Positions 42,482 to 57,326 of a stretch of 64,000 nt of DNA are shown piece after piece. A program made the translations under genes and the position numbers. Positions within the stretch are counted from its first letter, which is position 1; each line of letters begins with the position of its first letter. Origin of the DNA: the human T2T-CHM13v2.0 reference genome, Homo sapiens; NCBI RefSeq assembly GCF_009914755.1, contig NC_060926.1. One strand, written 5' to 3'. The notes under the pieces were generated by a model that was not told where the DNA came from, made no database searches, and saw only the letters and a program-made list of their open reading frames with translations.

Positions 42482-42650
42482 GTCTCTTTCTTTCTTTGTC
42501 TGTCTTCTTTTCTTTCTTTCCATCTCTCTCTCCTTCCTTCCTTCCTTTCCTTTCTTCCCTCCCCTTCCCTCCCTTCCCCTCCTCCCTCCCCTCCCCTCCC
42601 CTCTCTCCTCACTTCCCCTCCCCTCTTCTCTTCTCTTCTTTTTTCTTTCT
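42317..42650. repeat. Complex polypyrimidine microsatellite (TTCC/TTTC/CCCT)n, tail of an adjacent Alu fragment (~42652-42800)
   Basis: Direct inspection. Confidence 0.92.
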
Positions 42651-44054
42651 CTCACTACATTGCCCAGGCTGGAGTGCAGGAACCTAGATTCAAAGATACA
42701 ATTTTAGCACTCTGTAACCTTGAACTCCTGGCCTCAAGTGATCCTCCCACCTCAGCCTCCTGAGTAGCTAGGACTATAGGCCCATGCCACAATGCCCAGC
42801 TCAAGGAGTGATACTTTGTCTTGTGCATCCTCTGTCTTGCCTTTCCACTTAGCTATGGCCTGGCTAGAGTTCTTAATGAGAGAAGTCTGCTATAATCCTT
42901 TCTCCCAAAGAGCCTCCTTTATACACTACATGGTCACTTTCTTCCATATACGAGAGAAGAGTAAGCTTGCTCTCTCACATCATCATTACCAAATCTCAGC
43001 TGGGCAATTAAAGGAAATACTTGGATATTTACTTATCCAAATACTTGGACAATTTCCAAAGTAGAATTATCACAGTTTTGGCTTTGAGAAAGAACTTGGT
43101 ATTATTACAGGTATTTTGGGAACACTTATATAATATTTTCTATTATACTTCTTGAGAGGGGTTGGTTATTTAGTGACATGAATTAAGGCATTATAATATT
43201 AAAGAATGGGGCATCAATTTCATTGGTAAGTTTCCTCTTCAGCAGAAAAGAGATAAGAATGTTCATTTATGCATAAAAGAACTTGTCAAATGCTTTTTTT
43301 TCCCATCAGTTAATATGATCATGTAATTTTTCCTCCTTAGTCTGTTGATATGGTGAATTACACTGATTGCTTTTCAAATTTTGAGTCAGCCTTATATCCC
43401 TGGAATAACTTAGTCATGGTTAAGAAAAAATATATATTGCTGAATTTTATTTGTTGACATTTTGTTAAAGATTTTTATATATATCTTCATGACAAATATT
43501 GGTCTGTAATTTTTAAAATACCGTTTTTATCTGGTTTTGGTATGAGGTTAATATTAGTTTCATAAAATAAATTAGGAAGTATTCCCTGACTTTTTTTTTT
43601 GTAAGAGATTTTGTAAACTTGGTGTTTAAACTTTTAAAAACATTTGTTAGAATTATCGAGGGAAGTTATCTGAATCTAGAGATTTCTTTTATGTGAGTTT
43701 TACAATTACAAATTCAATTTCTTAAATTATCTATTTCATCTTGAGTGAGTTGTGGCAGTTTGTAAGTTTCAAAGAAGTAGTTCATATATCTAAGTTGACG
43801 AATTTGTTTGTAGAGTTGTTTATAGTATTCCCTTATTATCATTTAATGTTTTAAATATCTATATCCCCTCTTTCATTCATGATATTGATAATTTGTCTTT
43901 GTTTTCTTTGTTAGATTTGCTAGAGGTTTATTTTATTAATCTTTTAAAATAATCAACTCTTTGTTTCATTGATTCTCTACTGTGTTTCTGGTTTCAATTA
44001 TATTAGTTTCTGCTCTTTACTATTTCCTTCCTTCTTTCTGTTTTGGTTTTCTTA

Positions 44055-44345
44055 TATTTATTTATTTTAGAGACAAGGTTTGCTCTGTCATCCAGGCTGG
44101 AGTGCATGATTATAGCTCCCTGTAACCTTGAACTACTGGACTGAAGCAATCCTCCCACCTCATCCTCCTGAGTAGCTAGGACTACAGGTGCATGCTGCCA
44201 CACCTGGCTAATGTTCTTTATTTTTTGTAGAGATGGAGTCTTGCTATGTTGCCCAGTCTGATCCCAAACTCCTGGACTCAAGCAGTTGTCCCAGTTCTGC
44301 CTCCCAAATCACTGGGATTATAGGTGTGAGGCACCTTGCCCGGCC
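44055..44345 (-). mobile_element. Alu (AluJ-like)
   Basis: TSD-like tgttttggttt. Confidence 0.88.
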
Positions 44346-47204
44346 TGTTTTGGTTTTATTTTGATCTTTTTCTAATTTTTAAAGGTGGAAACTTAGATTA
44401 TTGATTTGAGACTTTTCTTTTCTTATGTAAGTATTTAATGCTGTGAATTTTCCTCTTAGCACTGCTTTGGGTACATTTCACAAATTTTATGTGATAGTTT
44501 CATTTTCATTCAGTTCTATGTATTTTAAAAATTTTCTGAGAAATTGAGAACTTTCTTTTTGACCCATGGATTACTTATAATTGTGTTGTATAGTTTTAAA
44601 GTGTTTGAAGATTTTTCATATGTCTTTCTGTTATTGATTTCTAGTTTGATTCCATTATGGTATGAAAATATACTCTGTATGATTTCAATTTTAATTTTGT
44701 TGAGATTTGTTTTATGGCCCTGGATATGGTCTATCTTGATAAATGTTTTGTGAACATTTGAAAAGATAATGTGTGCTGTCTGATGTCACTGGGGCAATGT
44801 TCTACAAATCTCAATTATATTCTTTTCATTGACACTGTTTTTGTGTTCTTCTAAATCCTTGCTGATTTTCTGCCTAGTTGTTCTTTTTTATTATCACTTT
44901 TTATTTCTTTATTTGGTGGTTTTGCCTAGTTGTTCTATCAGTTGTTGAGAGAGAGTGTTGAAATTTTCAACTATAATGTGATTTCTCTCTTTCTCCTTTT
45001 GGTTCTATCAGTTTTTGCTTTACATATTTTGCAGCTCTGTTATTTGATGCATGTACATTTAAGATTGCTATGTCTTCCTGGTAGATTGACTCTTATCATT
45101 ATGTAATATCCCTTTATGTCTCTGATAATCTTTTTGCTCTGAAGTCTGCTTTATCTGATATTAATAGCAACTCCTGCTTTGTTTTGACTGATGGTTACAT
45201 GGTAACATGGTATATATTTTTCTCATCCGTGTATGTTGAACTGACTTATATTCTTATATTTGAAGTTAATTTCATATGGATAGCATATAGTTGGGTCATG
45301 ATTTTTAATCCACTCTGCCAGTTTCTGTTTTTTAATAGGTCTATTTAGACAATTTACATTTAATATAAGTATGAGATATTAAGGCTAAGTCTGCCATTTT
45401 ATCTATCTGTGCTTATTTGTGTGTTTATCTCTTTTTTTTCTCTGTTTTATCTTCCTTGCTTTCCTGTGGATTGCTTGAAAATATTTTATAATTCCATTTT
45501 GACTTATAGTGTTTTTTAAGTGTATTTCCTTGTATCAATTTTTTAGTGGTTGCTCTAGGTGCTACATCCTGTACATGTAACTCAGGAAAGTCTATTTGAG
45601 TTGATGTTTTATCAGTTCGAATAAAGTGTAGAAACTTCATCTCCCTTTAGATAACTTTACCCTATCACATTGATAATATAATTATCTTAAATAGTTTCTT
45701 TCTATATCTCGAGAAGTATATTAGACAATGTTATAATTTTTGCATCAACCATCATAGTTTAGAAAACTTGAGAAGCTAAGTGTAGCATATATTTACCCTT
45801 ATTTTTTCTCTTTTTGTCCTTTCTTCCTTTCTGCTATTAGAAGATTCTTTCTATCATCATTTCCTATCCATCTCAAGAAATTTCCTTAGTTATTCTTTTA
45901 GGGTAGGTCTGTTGGCAATAAATCCTGTTTGTTTTCCTTTATTTGACAATATGTTGATTTTCCCTGCATTCCTAAAGGATATTTGTGCTAGATATAGAAT
46001 TAGGGGTTGACAGGTCTTTTCTTTCATTACTTGAAAAAAATCTGTCACCTCTAGTCTCTGTTGTTTCTGATGAGAAACACATTGTCATTTGAATTGTTTT
46101 CCTCTTATAGGTAAAATGTCATTTCAATGTTTTCAAGATTTCTTCCTTTAGTTTCAGAATTGTGATTATAATGTGTCTTAGCACAGATTCTTTTGAGTTT
46201 GGGATTTGGAATTTGCTCAGCTACTCGAATCTGTAGCTTTTTGTCAAATTTGTCATTTTTCAACCATTGTTTCTTTGAATACTTTTTAAGCCCCATACTC
46301 TTTCTCCTCTTTTTCTTGGTTTTTGATCATGCAAATGCTAGACCTTATAAAAATAGTCCCATGGATCCCTGAAGCTCTTTCCCCCTGCCTTAGTATATAT
46401 TCTTTTTCTGGCTCAGATTGGGTACCTTCTATTTTTCTATATTCAAGTCCATTGATTCTTTTCTCTATCCTCTTGTTTCTGTTCTTCAGCCATATTGCTA
46501 AAATATTTATTTTGTTTATTGTATTTTTTTCAATTCTAAAATTTCTATGTGGTTCTTTTCAATATCTTTTTTGCTGAGACGTTTTTATTCTTTCATTTGT
46601 TTCAAGCATTTTCATAATTGCTCACTGAAGCTTTTCTATTTTAGCGAGTGTTCTTTGACATTGTGTTGGCAGAGGGGAAAAGGGCATTGCCTTCTTAGTG
46701 CCAGATGGGAGTGGAAGTCCAGGTTACCCATTTGGCACCATTGACACCTATGCTGGGAAGGGGTTCCTTGTTACTGCTAGGTAGAGGTCAGAGTCTAAGA
46801 TTTCCATGTAGCTTTCACCAACACTACTGAGGGGGAAGGGCATGCTTCATTAATGCCAGGCATGAATGAAATTCCTGGATCTCATCTGGTTTTGTCCAAC
46901 ACCATTCTGGCTGGCGTGGGATGGGTAGGGTGCTTTGTTGTAGCCAGGAGAGGATGCAAGTCTAGATTCTCCACTCAGCCTTTGCTAACAAGTGTGGGGC
47001 TGGAGTCACATTTTTTTCATGGTGTTTGGCTGGGGGTGCTTATGTTGTAGACAGAAGTTTTCTGCCTTGTTAGGCTGACTTTTTTCTGGTCCTTTGGCTG
47101 GGGAAGCTTTTCTTGGGGCCTTTTTTTTTTTTGGCTGTGCCTGTTGGTATTTCTAGGTTGCTGCTTCTCTGGCACCCAGTTTGAGACATAAGAAGCCAAA
47201 AAGA

Positions 47205-47500
47205 GGCCAGGCACAATGGCTCACACCTGTAATCCCAGCACTTTGGGAGGCCAAGGTGGGCTGATCACTTGAGGTCAGGAGTTCAAGACCAGCCTGGCCA
47301 ACATGGTGAAACCCCATCTCTACTATAGATACAAACATTAGCCAGGCATGGTGGCAGGCACCTGTAATCTCAGCTATTTGGGAGGCTGAGGCAGAAGAAT
47401 CGCTTGAATTCAGGAGGTGGAGATTGGAGTGAGCTGAGATCACACCACTGCTGTGCTCCAGCCTGGATGACGGAGTGAGTGAGACTCTGTCTAAAAAAAA
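47205..47500 (+). mobile_element. Alu (AluSx-like)
   Basis: TSD aagaagccaa. Confidence 0.9.
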
Positions 47501-47989
47501 GAAGCCAATCAGAGAACTTATAACCATGTCATTCATTTCTTATGTCCTGGGATCCTTATTCAGTTTGTCTTCTTTCCATATTTCAAAGTCTTTCATGCTT
47601 CATATATAATGTCCAGTGTTTTTGCAGCACTTAGAAGGAGGAATAGAGAGAAATTTATCTACTCCATCTTGTCCATAACCAGAGGTTCAAGAGAGTAATT
47701 TTATTTTGCCATTAAATTTTGAGTGTCTAGAGGCCATTACTGTTAGCAAACTTTCTTCAACAGAGGGAGTGTTTACCCTGAAAGCTGCATTTATATAAAA
47801 AATAAGGTACCAAAAAATTAGGAAGAAAAATGCAACCTGAGAGTATGTGATAACTTCATGTACACTTCTTTTCTCTTTTATTTGTTCACTATTATACCTA
47901 AAAGTTATGAGAATAGAGAATAACATTAATAACGTTCTGACAATCCTTGGAATTCTAAGAGAATATAAGACATCCCTCTCTTATTTTAA

Positions 47990-48540
47990 GAAAGCATGGA
48001 ATACTGATCAGCAAAAAAAGAAACGACTTGGGTGGATATCAAGGGAATTATTCTGAGTAAAAAAATCTTTGAGGGTTATATGCTGCATGATTCCATTTAT
48101 ATAGCATTATTGAAGTGACAAATTTATGGAGGTCGAGAACAGATTTGTAGCTGCCAGTTTAGGGAAGAGGGTAGGGAGAGGGATGGCTGTGGCTATGAAA
48201 GAAATAGCATGAGGATTCCTTGTACTGTGTTATCTGTGGTGGTGGTGGTCATACAAATCTACACATAATAAAACTGCATAGACACACACACATACTGGAG
48301 TGCATGTAAAAGTGGTGAAATATCAATAGACGAAAGGATTGTATCAATGGCAATTTTGTGGTTGAGGCCAGACACTACCCAGAGACTTCAGTGACCCTCC
48401 CCTGCTGGTGATATTGTACTATATAGTCCTGCAAGTTTTCACCATTGGGGAAACTGGGTGAAGGGTGTATGGGAGTCTCTCTAGTGTTTCTTATAACTGT
48501 ATGTGTCAGTCTACAATGAATTCAAAAGAAAAAAGTTTTA
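47990..48540 (+). mobile_element. L1MC/MD-like 3' end fragment
   Basis: tgcatgattccatttatat...accattggggaaactgggtgaagggt. Confidence 0.7.
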
Positions 48541-50499
48541 AAAAGCAAAGCAAAGCATTTTGCTATTTTGTACTTTCTTCCTCTGCAGACTGCCCTACTC
48601 ACTTCCCTGGTGCAAAGAGGAAATGGACAGTCTAATGTGGCTTCTGCTTAATAGTCTCTTGTGTGCATAGAGAACCTGTTTTTTCCCAATTGTGTAAGAG
48701 TTGGTTGTTCTTTTCTCCATGAACTATTGTTTGGGCTTTGAGTGAGTGAGGGGAGATTTGGTCCTATTCTGGAGTTACAAGAGGGAGAATCTGACTTATG
48801 TAGGCACCATTGGTTTCCACTGCTGTCCTTAATGCCCTTCTGAATAAGCCAGGTGATTTTCTCTGCACAGTCCTGAGGCTACATCCACTGAGACTGGCTC
48901 TGTACAAAGATGCTAAACGCCAGACACTCCCCAGATACCTCTGTGCCCCCTCCCCTATTGATGGAGAGCAGAAGAGATATGAGTCTTTCACGGAGGCTGA
49001 CATCACATGCAGACTTTGGCCTCAAGTCTTTGTCACGTGCCAAGGACAGAAGAAATACCGTCAACTAGAAAGCTTTTGTGAGTATAAGGAGGAGAAAAAA
49101 ATTAGCCAGAGTTGCAAGATGCTTTATGTTGTTTCAAGTTTGTTCTCATCTCTAAAGGTAAACTATAGGACCCACCTGCTGGGGCAGGTAGATGAGATAA
49201 TCCTGCATTAGTGAACTGTAGCATCTGACTTTCATAGAGAATTGTTTTCTTAGTAGAAATTGGGGCGCAAAAAAATGAATGCAGTTATGGGAACTTTGCG
49301 ATGAGATGCAAAATATCTGGGTAGAAAGCAGATAAATTACCCTCATGTATGTATTTTAGTATAAAGTGGACATGATTACTAGGTAAAATGCACAGAATTT
49401 CTCAGTTTTCATTGATGGTATGAAATGTCTCACACTCAAATGTCAGTAAGGGCCAGAAGAAAATGTAAATATAAGGAGTTAGTGGATAAACAATAATAGA
49501 AAGTATGGGGCATTGTCAATAAACTGGAGATCTTGGATTCAATATGAATGTTTTCAAATTCAAATTTTTAAACATTGTGATGGCTGGATAATCACATCTG
49601 ACCACAGATGGTCAGCAGCTGCTTCAATATAAGTTGTGCTTGGCTTTTCTACATCATGAACCCGGAAATTAAGCTTTTCTGTATATAACAAAAGCACAAA
49701 TATCAATGGCGTAAACAAGATTAGGTCACCTGCTTCTTGTTAGGATGTAGAAAGACATGAAAACTTTCCTCCTGTGGTGATGACAAGAATGAACCACATA
49801 AGAATCGTACGTTCATGGGGCTTTCAAAGATTGGAAGATGTAAGGAAGCTCTGATGAACTGAATTGCAGAGGGCGCGCCCTCTAGATGAGCCGAGACCCT
49901 GGAGCTCTCTGGGGCAAGTGCCTGAATGAGTTCAGGTGGGAAAAGTAGCAGCTGCCTACAGGCAGGAGGCTTTGCAGGGTTAAGAAGGAGCATCCTGCGT
50001 CAGGGGCAACATGTGGCTCTGGAGGAGTTCCAAATGCAAATATCCATCTCTCAGCCCAACAACTCTCTTCCTTACCTGGAATTTTGCTGGGAAAGTGGCA
50101 TTGGAGAAGGGGTTGGTAGCAGGGAGAATACAGACAGCCTTACACATCTCTGTGAGGCTTGGGTTCTGGAGCCCTGCAGAAGGTGAACCTAAAGGTGAAT
50201 CCAAACTGTCTGAAACAGTAGCCACTCCCCAGCTTCCAAACATGAAGAAAAGGTAAGAATCCTTTAATTATAGCAATGCAAGAGGCTGGGGTTGGGCTAC
50301 CAGAGTTTCTTACATTAGATGTAAAGTGGTATGATATGAATTCAAGATAGAGATTGCCAGACTGGATAAAAAAGCAAGACCAAACCATACAGTATTTACA
50401 AAGATACACTTTAAATATGACACAGATACATTGAAAGTAAATGGATGGAAAAGGAAAAACATGGTAATGTCCAGACTCAATGTGAGAGGGAACTCACAC

Positions 50500-50985
50500 A
50501 GAGGTGTGGCTGATTTTGGCATTGGGAGGTGTGACTCATTGGCATTGGGAGGCATGGGCCATTGGCACTGGGAGGTATGGTCCATTGGTACTGGAAGGCA
50601 TGGCCCATTAGGACTGGGAGTTATTGAGCATTGGGACTGGGAGGTACGGCTCAATGGCACTGGGAAGCATGGACCATTGGTGGGAACCGTGGCTCACTGC
50701 ACTGGGAGATGTGGACCATTGGCTGGGAGGTGCAGCTCATTGCCCTGGGAGGTGTGGACCATTGCACGAGGAAGCATGGACCATTGCACTGGGAGGTGCA
50801 GCTCATTGCCCTGGGAGGTGTGGACCACTGCACTGGGAGGTGTGGCCACTGCACTGGGAGGTGTGGACTATTGCCCTGGGAGGTGCGGACCATAGCACTG
50901 GGAGGTGCAGGTTATTGCCCTGGGAGGCATGGATCCTTGAACTGGGATGTGTGGACCATTGCAGTGGGAGGTGTGGGCTACTGGG
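50500..50985. repeat. Degenerate 22-23-bp G-rich minisatellite (~20 copies)
   Basis: Consensus tgcactgggaggtgtggaccat. Confidence 0.9.
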
Positions 50986-51593
50986 GGCCATGTGGCATTT
51001 GAGTTATGGCAGAATGGGTCTGGGAAAGAGAATTCTGGGCTAAGAGAGTCTTCCGTTCTTTCTTGTTTCCTCCTCTGGAAATGGCTACCTCTTCTTCCTC
51101 AAAGGAAGCTGAGGAATGTCTGCAGCAGGCAGGCTGTGTGGGGACTTCTAGACCACAAAGGCCTGTCTCTGTGACAGCTTAGGCCTGGTGGGGTGTTCAT
51201 GGCTGTGAACACCCCGGAGAGAACATGGCTGTGGTCTTTACCAGCCCTCCATTCCTCTTCCCCTCATAGATCTGTGAGAGAAAAGGAAAATGGATGTGTT
51301 CCTTCGTTTTAGGTAGAAGGGCTTTGAGGACTGGAGAACGCCTAGGGAGAAAGGGGTGATCAAAATATACCGTTGTTCCAGGATGTAATTATAAAAAACT
51401 GGGCTCCAAATATGAATTCAGGAATACTTGGTCCCCGTGCCAATGCAGCCAAGCCCCTGCACGGTGTGGGAGCAACTCCTGGGGTTGGTGGGAGGCCTGG
51501 CTGATGCATGATGGGTCTGAAAACCGCTCAGGCTTTGCCAGGTATGTGTCAGGCACTGATGGCGGCGATCGGACCGGCCTAGGTTGGCTTAGC

Positions 51594-51607
51594 GCGCCCT
51601 CTAGTGG
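51594..51607 (-). promoter_or_regulatory. Consensus CTCF binding motif
   Basis: Minus strand CCACTAGAGGGCGC matches core CCASYAGRKGGCRS exactly, in a CpG-retaining patch. Confidence 0.7.
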
Positions 51608-51722
51608 GAGAAGGTCTAAAGAGCAAAATGCGAGCATCCTTGCCACAGGGCAGAAATGATGCTGAACGTGCACGCCACATCAAAGGACATACGTGCTTAA
51701 GGGACTTGTGCTTAACAATTAC

Positions 51723-52064
51723 TGTGATTAGTCCGTTCTCACGCTGCTCTAAGGACACACCCGAGACTGGGTAATTTATAAAGGTGTTTTAATAGACTCA
51801 CAATTCCACATGGCTGGGGAGCCCTCACAATCATGGCTGAAGGCGAAGAAGCAAAGGCACGTCTTATATGGTGTGTGCAGGGGAACTGCCCTTTATAAAA
51901 CCATCCGATCTCGTGAGACTTATTCACTATCACGAGAACAGCACGGGAAAAACCCACCCCCATGGTTCAATTACCTCCCACTGGGTCCCTCCCATGACAT
52001 GTGGGGATTGTGAGAGCAACAATTCAAGATGAGATTTGGGTGGAGATAGAGCAAAACCATATCA
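51723..52064 (-). mobile_element. THE1-like MaLR solo LTR
   Basis: ttagtccgttctcacgctgct...cccgagactgggtaatttata...aaaccatatca. Confidence 0.85.
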
Positions 52065-53891
52065 GTCACCATCTTAAATTGTTAATACATTGGAATTTGT
52101 TTATGTCTGTTGTAAAAAAGGCCAGTCGCTTAGCTATTTCATGGCGGTTTTGAGGAATTACCACCATAACTTATGGGAGAGTGTTTTGGTAAATGGTTAC
52201 ATAAGTATGAGGAATTTTAATTTTTTCATTAGAAATAATGTGTGGAATTTATAGGACAATTTATTAAGAAGCTTAAATGTATGTATGGTTGTTGATTAAT
52301 CTAGGGCCATTTCTCTCTTAGAGAGCTGTCAATAGAGATTGAGTGTGTGGTAAGGCTTCCTCCTCGGTGGGCCTTTTAGTGATAGGATGGTCAAGTGAGG
52401 AAGGGCTGTGCTCCTGCGGCTCCTAATTCTGAATTACATTTATTGGGCCATGCAGTCTGGTTAGTGCCTGAGTTTATGTATGGGAAATGAATTCCATTTC
52501 TACATGCTGGGTCCTTATCAGAGCAGAAAAAAGAACCCACGCTATGCAGATACATAAATGTCACCCACATGAACAAGGCACTGTCTTCAGTATGGCATGA
52601 AGGGGGCAGTGATGGATGGGCAGCTGGAGAGGGGAGCGTGTTCAGATGAGACAGGCTGGTGCAGACATCTGGGGTCAACCACAGCAGACACTAAAATGCA
52701 GTGGGGCCGTGGTGAGGGGGATGGAGGGGATGTGGGAGGTGAGTGGGAGCTGAGGGAAGAGGAGTGGCTCAGAATGCAGTGGGGGGTCTGCGAGAGGACC
52801 AGAGAGGGAGGAAGCCTCTCCTTGGGAAGAGTTGGGGGCAGGTCAGGAGAGGTTCCAGGTAGAGTCAGAGGTGGCTGGGCTGGGGTGGTGAAAGCCACCC
52901 TTATCCTCCCTGTGACTCTTAGGGTCATTCCACTGCTTTTCTGCTTCCAGATGAGATGGAGTAGCAGGGACGGCGTTTATCCTTTCACCTGACATAATTA
53001 ACACAGGACAAAATAGATGAGGAAAAAAACAACAAAGCGAAACTGTTGCCATCAGACAGCGCAGAGCTGTGGTCCCTGAGAGGGAGAGACAGACAAGAGG
53101 AGTGCTAGGATTTCCCCAGAGGGTGTGGCCTGGACACTTTCCAAGCTGTGGCCCATGGATGTGGCTGCTGTCGTGGTGGGGTCCCTCCGGGGAAATCACT
53201 TTGTCAGTGAACAGCAACATCCTTTTCTGATTTTTCTAGTACCACGCATTGTTTTCTCCCATTGTCCAACAAAGGAGGCAAGAATGCAGTGTGCCGCATT
53301 CCTCCTGCAGCAGCGCTCCGGTGGCGTACCTTAACCTCGCTTTTGTTTTTTCATGTGTTGGCTGAGTCAGTGAGTGTGCTGTGGTGGACCTCTGCCATTT
53401 GTAGCTCCTCAAATCTTCAGCACCCTCTTCACAGTTTGATAGTTCCCCACAGTGTACCTCCTGCCTTCTAATGAGTCTCCAAATATTCCATTTCACAGCC
53501 ATCCTTGTTTTTGAGGTGCAAACATATGATTTAGGTCCAGGGATCATAGGCACCCACTCAAGGCTTTGATCCCAAACAGTTCCCATGGCTGGGGCAGAGT
53601 GCGGTGGAGGGGCAGGGGCAGGGGCTGACAGCTGTGGCAGAGGCTTCCTGATTCAGCTGCCTCCAGATGGGGCCAGAGCGGCTGCCCCTCACTGCATTAG
53701 ATCTATGGTATGGCACTGGGGGTCTCTTTCTTCAGCATTCGATTTGGTATGTTATCTTTTTTTTTTCTTTGATCAGCTTTTCATTATCTCTATTCACAAG
53801 TCGTTATAATATTGCTATTTATCAGTTTAATGTAACACATATGATAAAAACAGATGATAAAAAGTATCATATTAACAATGAGAACATTATT

Positions 53892-54194
<303 letters not shown>

Positions 54195-55511
54195 GAGAAC
54201 ATTATTTTACACAACCCATTTACTGAATATGCAGCCTCTTGCAACAATAACATAGTGGACCCAACTCTACCCTCTGAATGGACCACTTTTATGATTCTCC
54301 TAAAAAGTTTTGAGTTGGATATAGTTTCTTGTTGCTTCTCTCTGTGATCCGAGACTTAAGAATGAGTCTCTGGAAACGCAGCAATTGGAACCAGACCTCC
54401 CCAGGATCAAAGAGGACAGGAGTGGGAGAAAGGACGCAGGACACGACTCCCACCGTCTCCAGCGCTGCGCCGTATGCTTGACCTCAGAGCATGCAGGCAC
54501 TCAATGTCAAGTGTGCAGCCACGTCTATATCCTGCATCTCAAGTGCTCACAACTGTGACAATTAGCAGATATGGGAGAGAGGAGGCATATCATGGAGGAA
54601 TGAGTCAGTCCCAAAAATTACATGAACATTTCTGAAATTTCAATACCAAGGGTTAACTTCTAAAGTACTAGTGTATAAACAGAAGCCATATAGCTAGCCA
54701 TGAACTGAAATGCATGTACCATACAGTGAAGGAGCTCCTGTGCATACAAAACCACCCACGTCTCATTTATCTCTAATTTTAAAATAACTCATTCCCTTGC
54801 TGGATATGCAAGTGAGTGGTGGAGAAAGAGGTCTATCTGCAAGGCTGGCGGGGGTTAAGGATTTCATTGCTTCCAAAAGACGTGAGCAAGAGAACTTTAT
54901 TACTCACTGAAGGGGATTCTTCCTTCTCAGCCAAGATGGTCCCATTTAAATCACTTTTGAATTTCCTTTCAAGCTTCAATTGTGCAAATTCTAGTTGTGG
55001 TTGAGGATCGTCCCCAACAGCTTTTTGAGTTATTCCTTGGACTCTTCCTTTTTCTACTATGTTTTCATGAATAATTCTAGAATCCATATTTATATCCAGC
55101 CCAAGGCTTCTTTCCTATAGAGGTGTCGTTGAGTTGTGAGCTTCAAAGATCTGATCATACTGTTTAAAAGCAATAGGCTTGGGAGTCCAGATGTCAGCTT
55201 CTCAGATCCATTTTCACAGTCTGATGGTGTCTGCTAGCAATTATCAGTGCCTGACCCAGAAGCGGTCTATTGCACCTCAGCTTGGAGGAAAAAGTGAAGG
55301 CACATGCAGTCTGGGAAAAAAAGAGAAAGGAAGGAAAAGGCAGGCAGGCAGGCAGGCAGGCAGGAAGGAAGGAGAGAAAAAGAAAGGTGGTAGGTTTCTA
55401 TGTACTGACTTGGATTTGTGTACTGTGTTCCCCAGGCAATTCTAATCCGGACTGCATTCCCCTCAATGTCTCTAAAGCTGTCACATTTGTAAATGCTTAC
55501 TGCAGAATTTT

Positions 55512-55516
55512 CTTTT

Positions 55517-55547
<31 letters not shown>

Positions 55548-55830
55548 CTGAGACGGAGTCTCACTCTGTTGCCCAGGCTGGAATGCAGTGGTGTAATCTC
55601 AGCTCACTGCAACCTCCGCCCGTGGGTTCAAGTGATTCTTCTGTCTCAGCCTCCCGAGTAGCTGGGATTACAGGTACCTGCCACTGCACCTGGCTAATTT
55701 TTGTATTTTTTTAATAGAGACGGGGTTTCACCATCTTGGCCAGGCTGGTCTTGAACTCATGACCTCGTGATCCACCTGCCTCTGCCTCCTGAAGTGTTGG
55801 GATTATAGGCATGAGCCACCGCGCCCGGCC
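55512..55830 (-). mobile_element. Alu (AluS-like) inserted in CENPN retrocopy
   Basis: TSD gaattttctt. Confidence 0.9.
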
Positions 55831-56092
55831 TGAGGAATTTTCTTAAATGAATTTTTAAGTTGTTTCATATCAAAAAGGTCAGCATCTTCACCTGGTCCTT
55901 TACTCATCTGAAAAGCATCCCAAACTTTCTTGTGCTGATGAAATTGAGTATAAACTGTGTCTCAAAGGGCTGCGTCATAGGGATTTGCATGCTTCTCACA
56001 CAGCAGAACCAAGTGCTGAATGAGAGAGTCCTTTCTCTGCCGGAAATTTAAAGTCTGCAGTTGATTTTCAGACAAAAAATCCCAGGCTTTAG

Positions 56093-56785
<693 letters not shown>

Positions 56786-56981
56786 TGAGGATGTTTGAGA
56801 TGATCCTCTTAATAAACTCAACAACAGTCTCATCCATCTCTCTGTCATGGCCCACGTCTTCAGCTACCTCTCTCCTCCTGCATGCTATCTTTGTCCTATA
56901 ATAAATCGTTCACTCCTGAAACCTGGTAGAGGGGATTCTGTTGTCTATAACCCCCACCAGTGCATTTCTATCTAACGGTTA

Positions 56982-57326
<345 letters not shown>

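Larger units (their letters stand above)
43270..47700 (-). mobile_element. Long degraded L1M (ORF2/ORF1/5' region), interrupted by Alus
   Basis: Antisense ORF2 motifs (tatatcttcatgacaaatattggtctgta, ttcctcttagcactgctttg, ctgaagtctgctttatctgatattaat). Confidence 0.8.

Noticed and set aside
50310-51043. Overlapping Cys/Gly/Trp-rich ORFs; PRDM9 hotspot motif
   Set aside because: The ORFs arise from the minisatellite, and the unit's reverse complement does not fit CCNCCNTNNCCNC.
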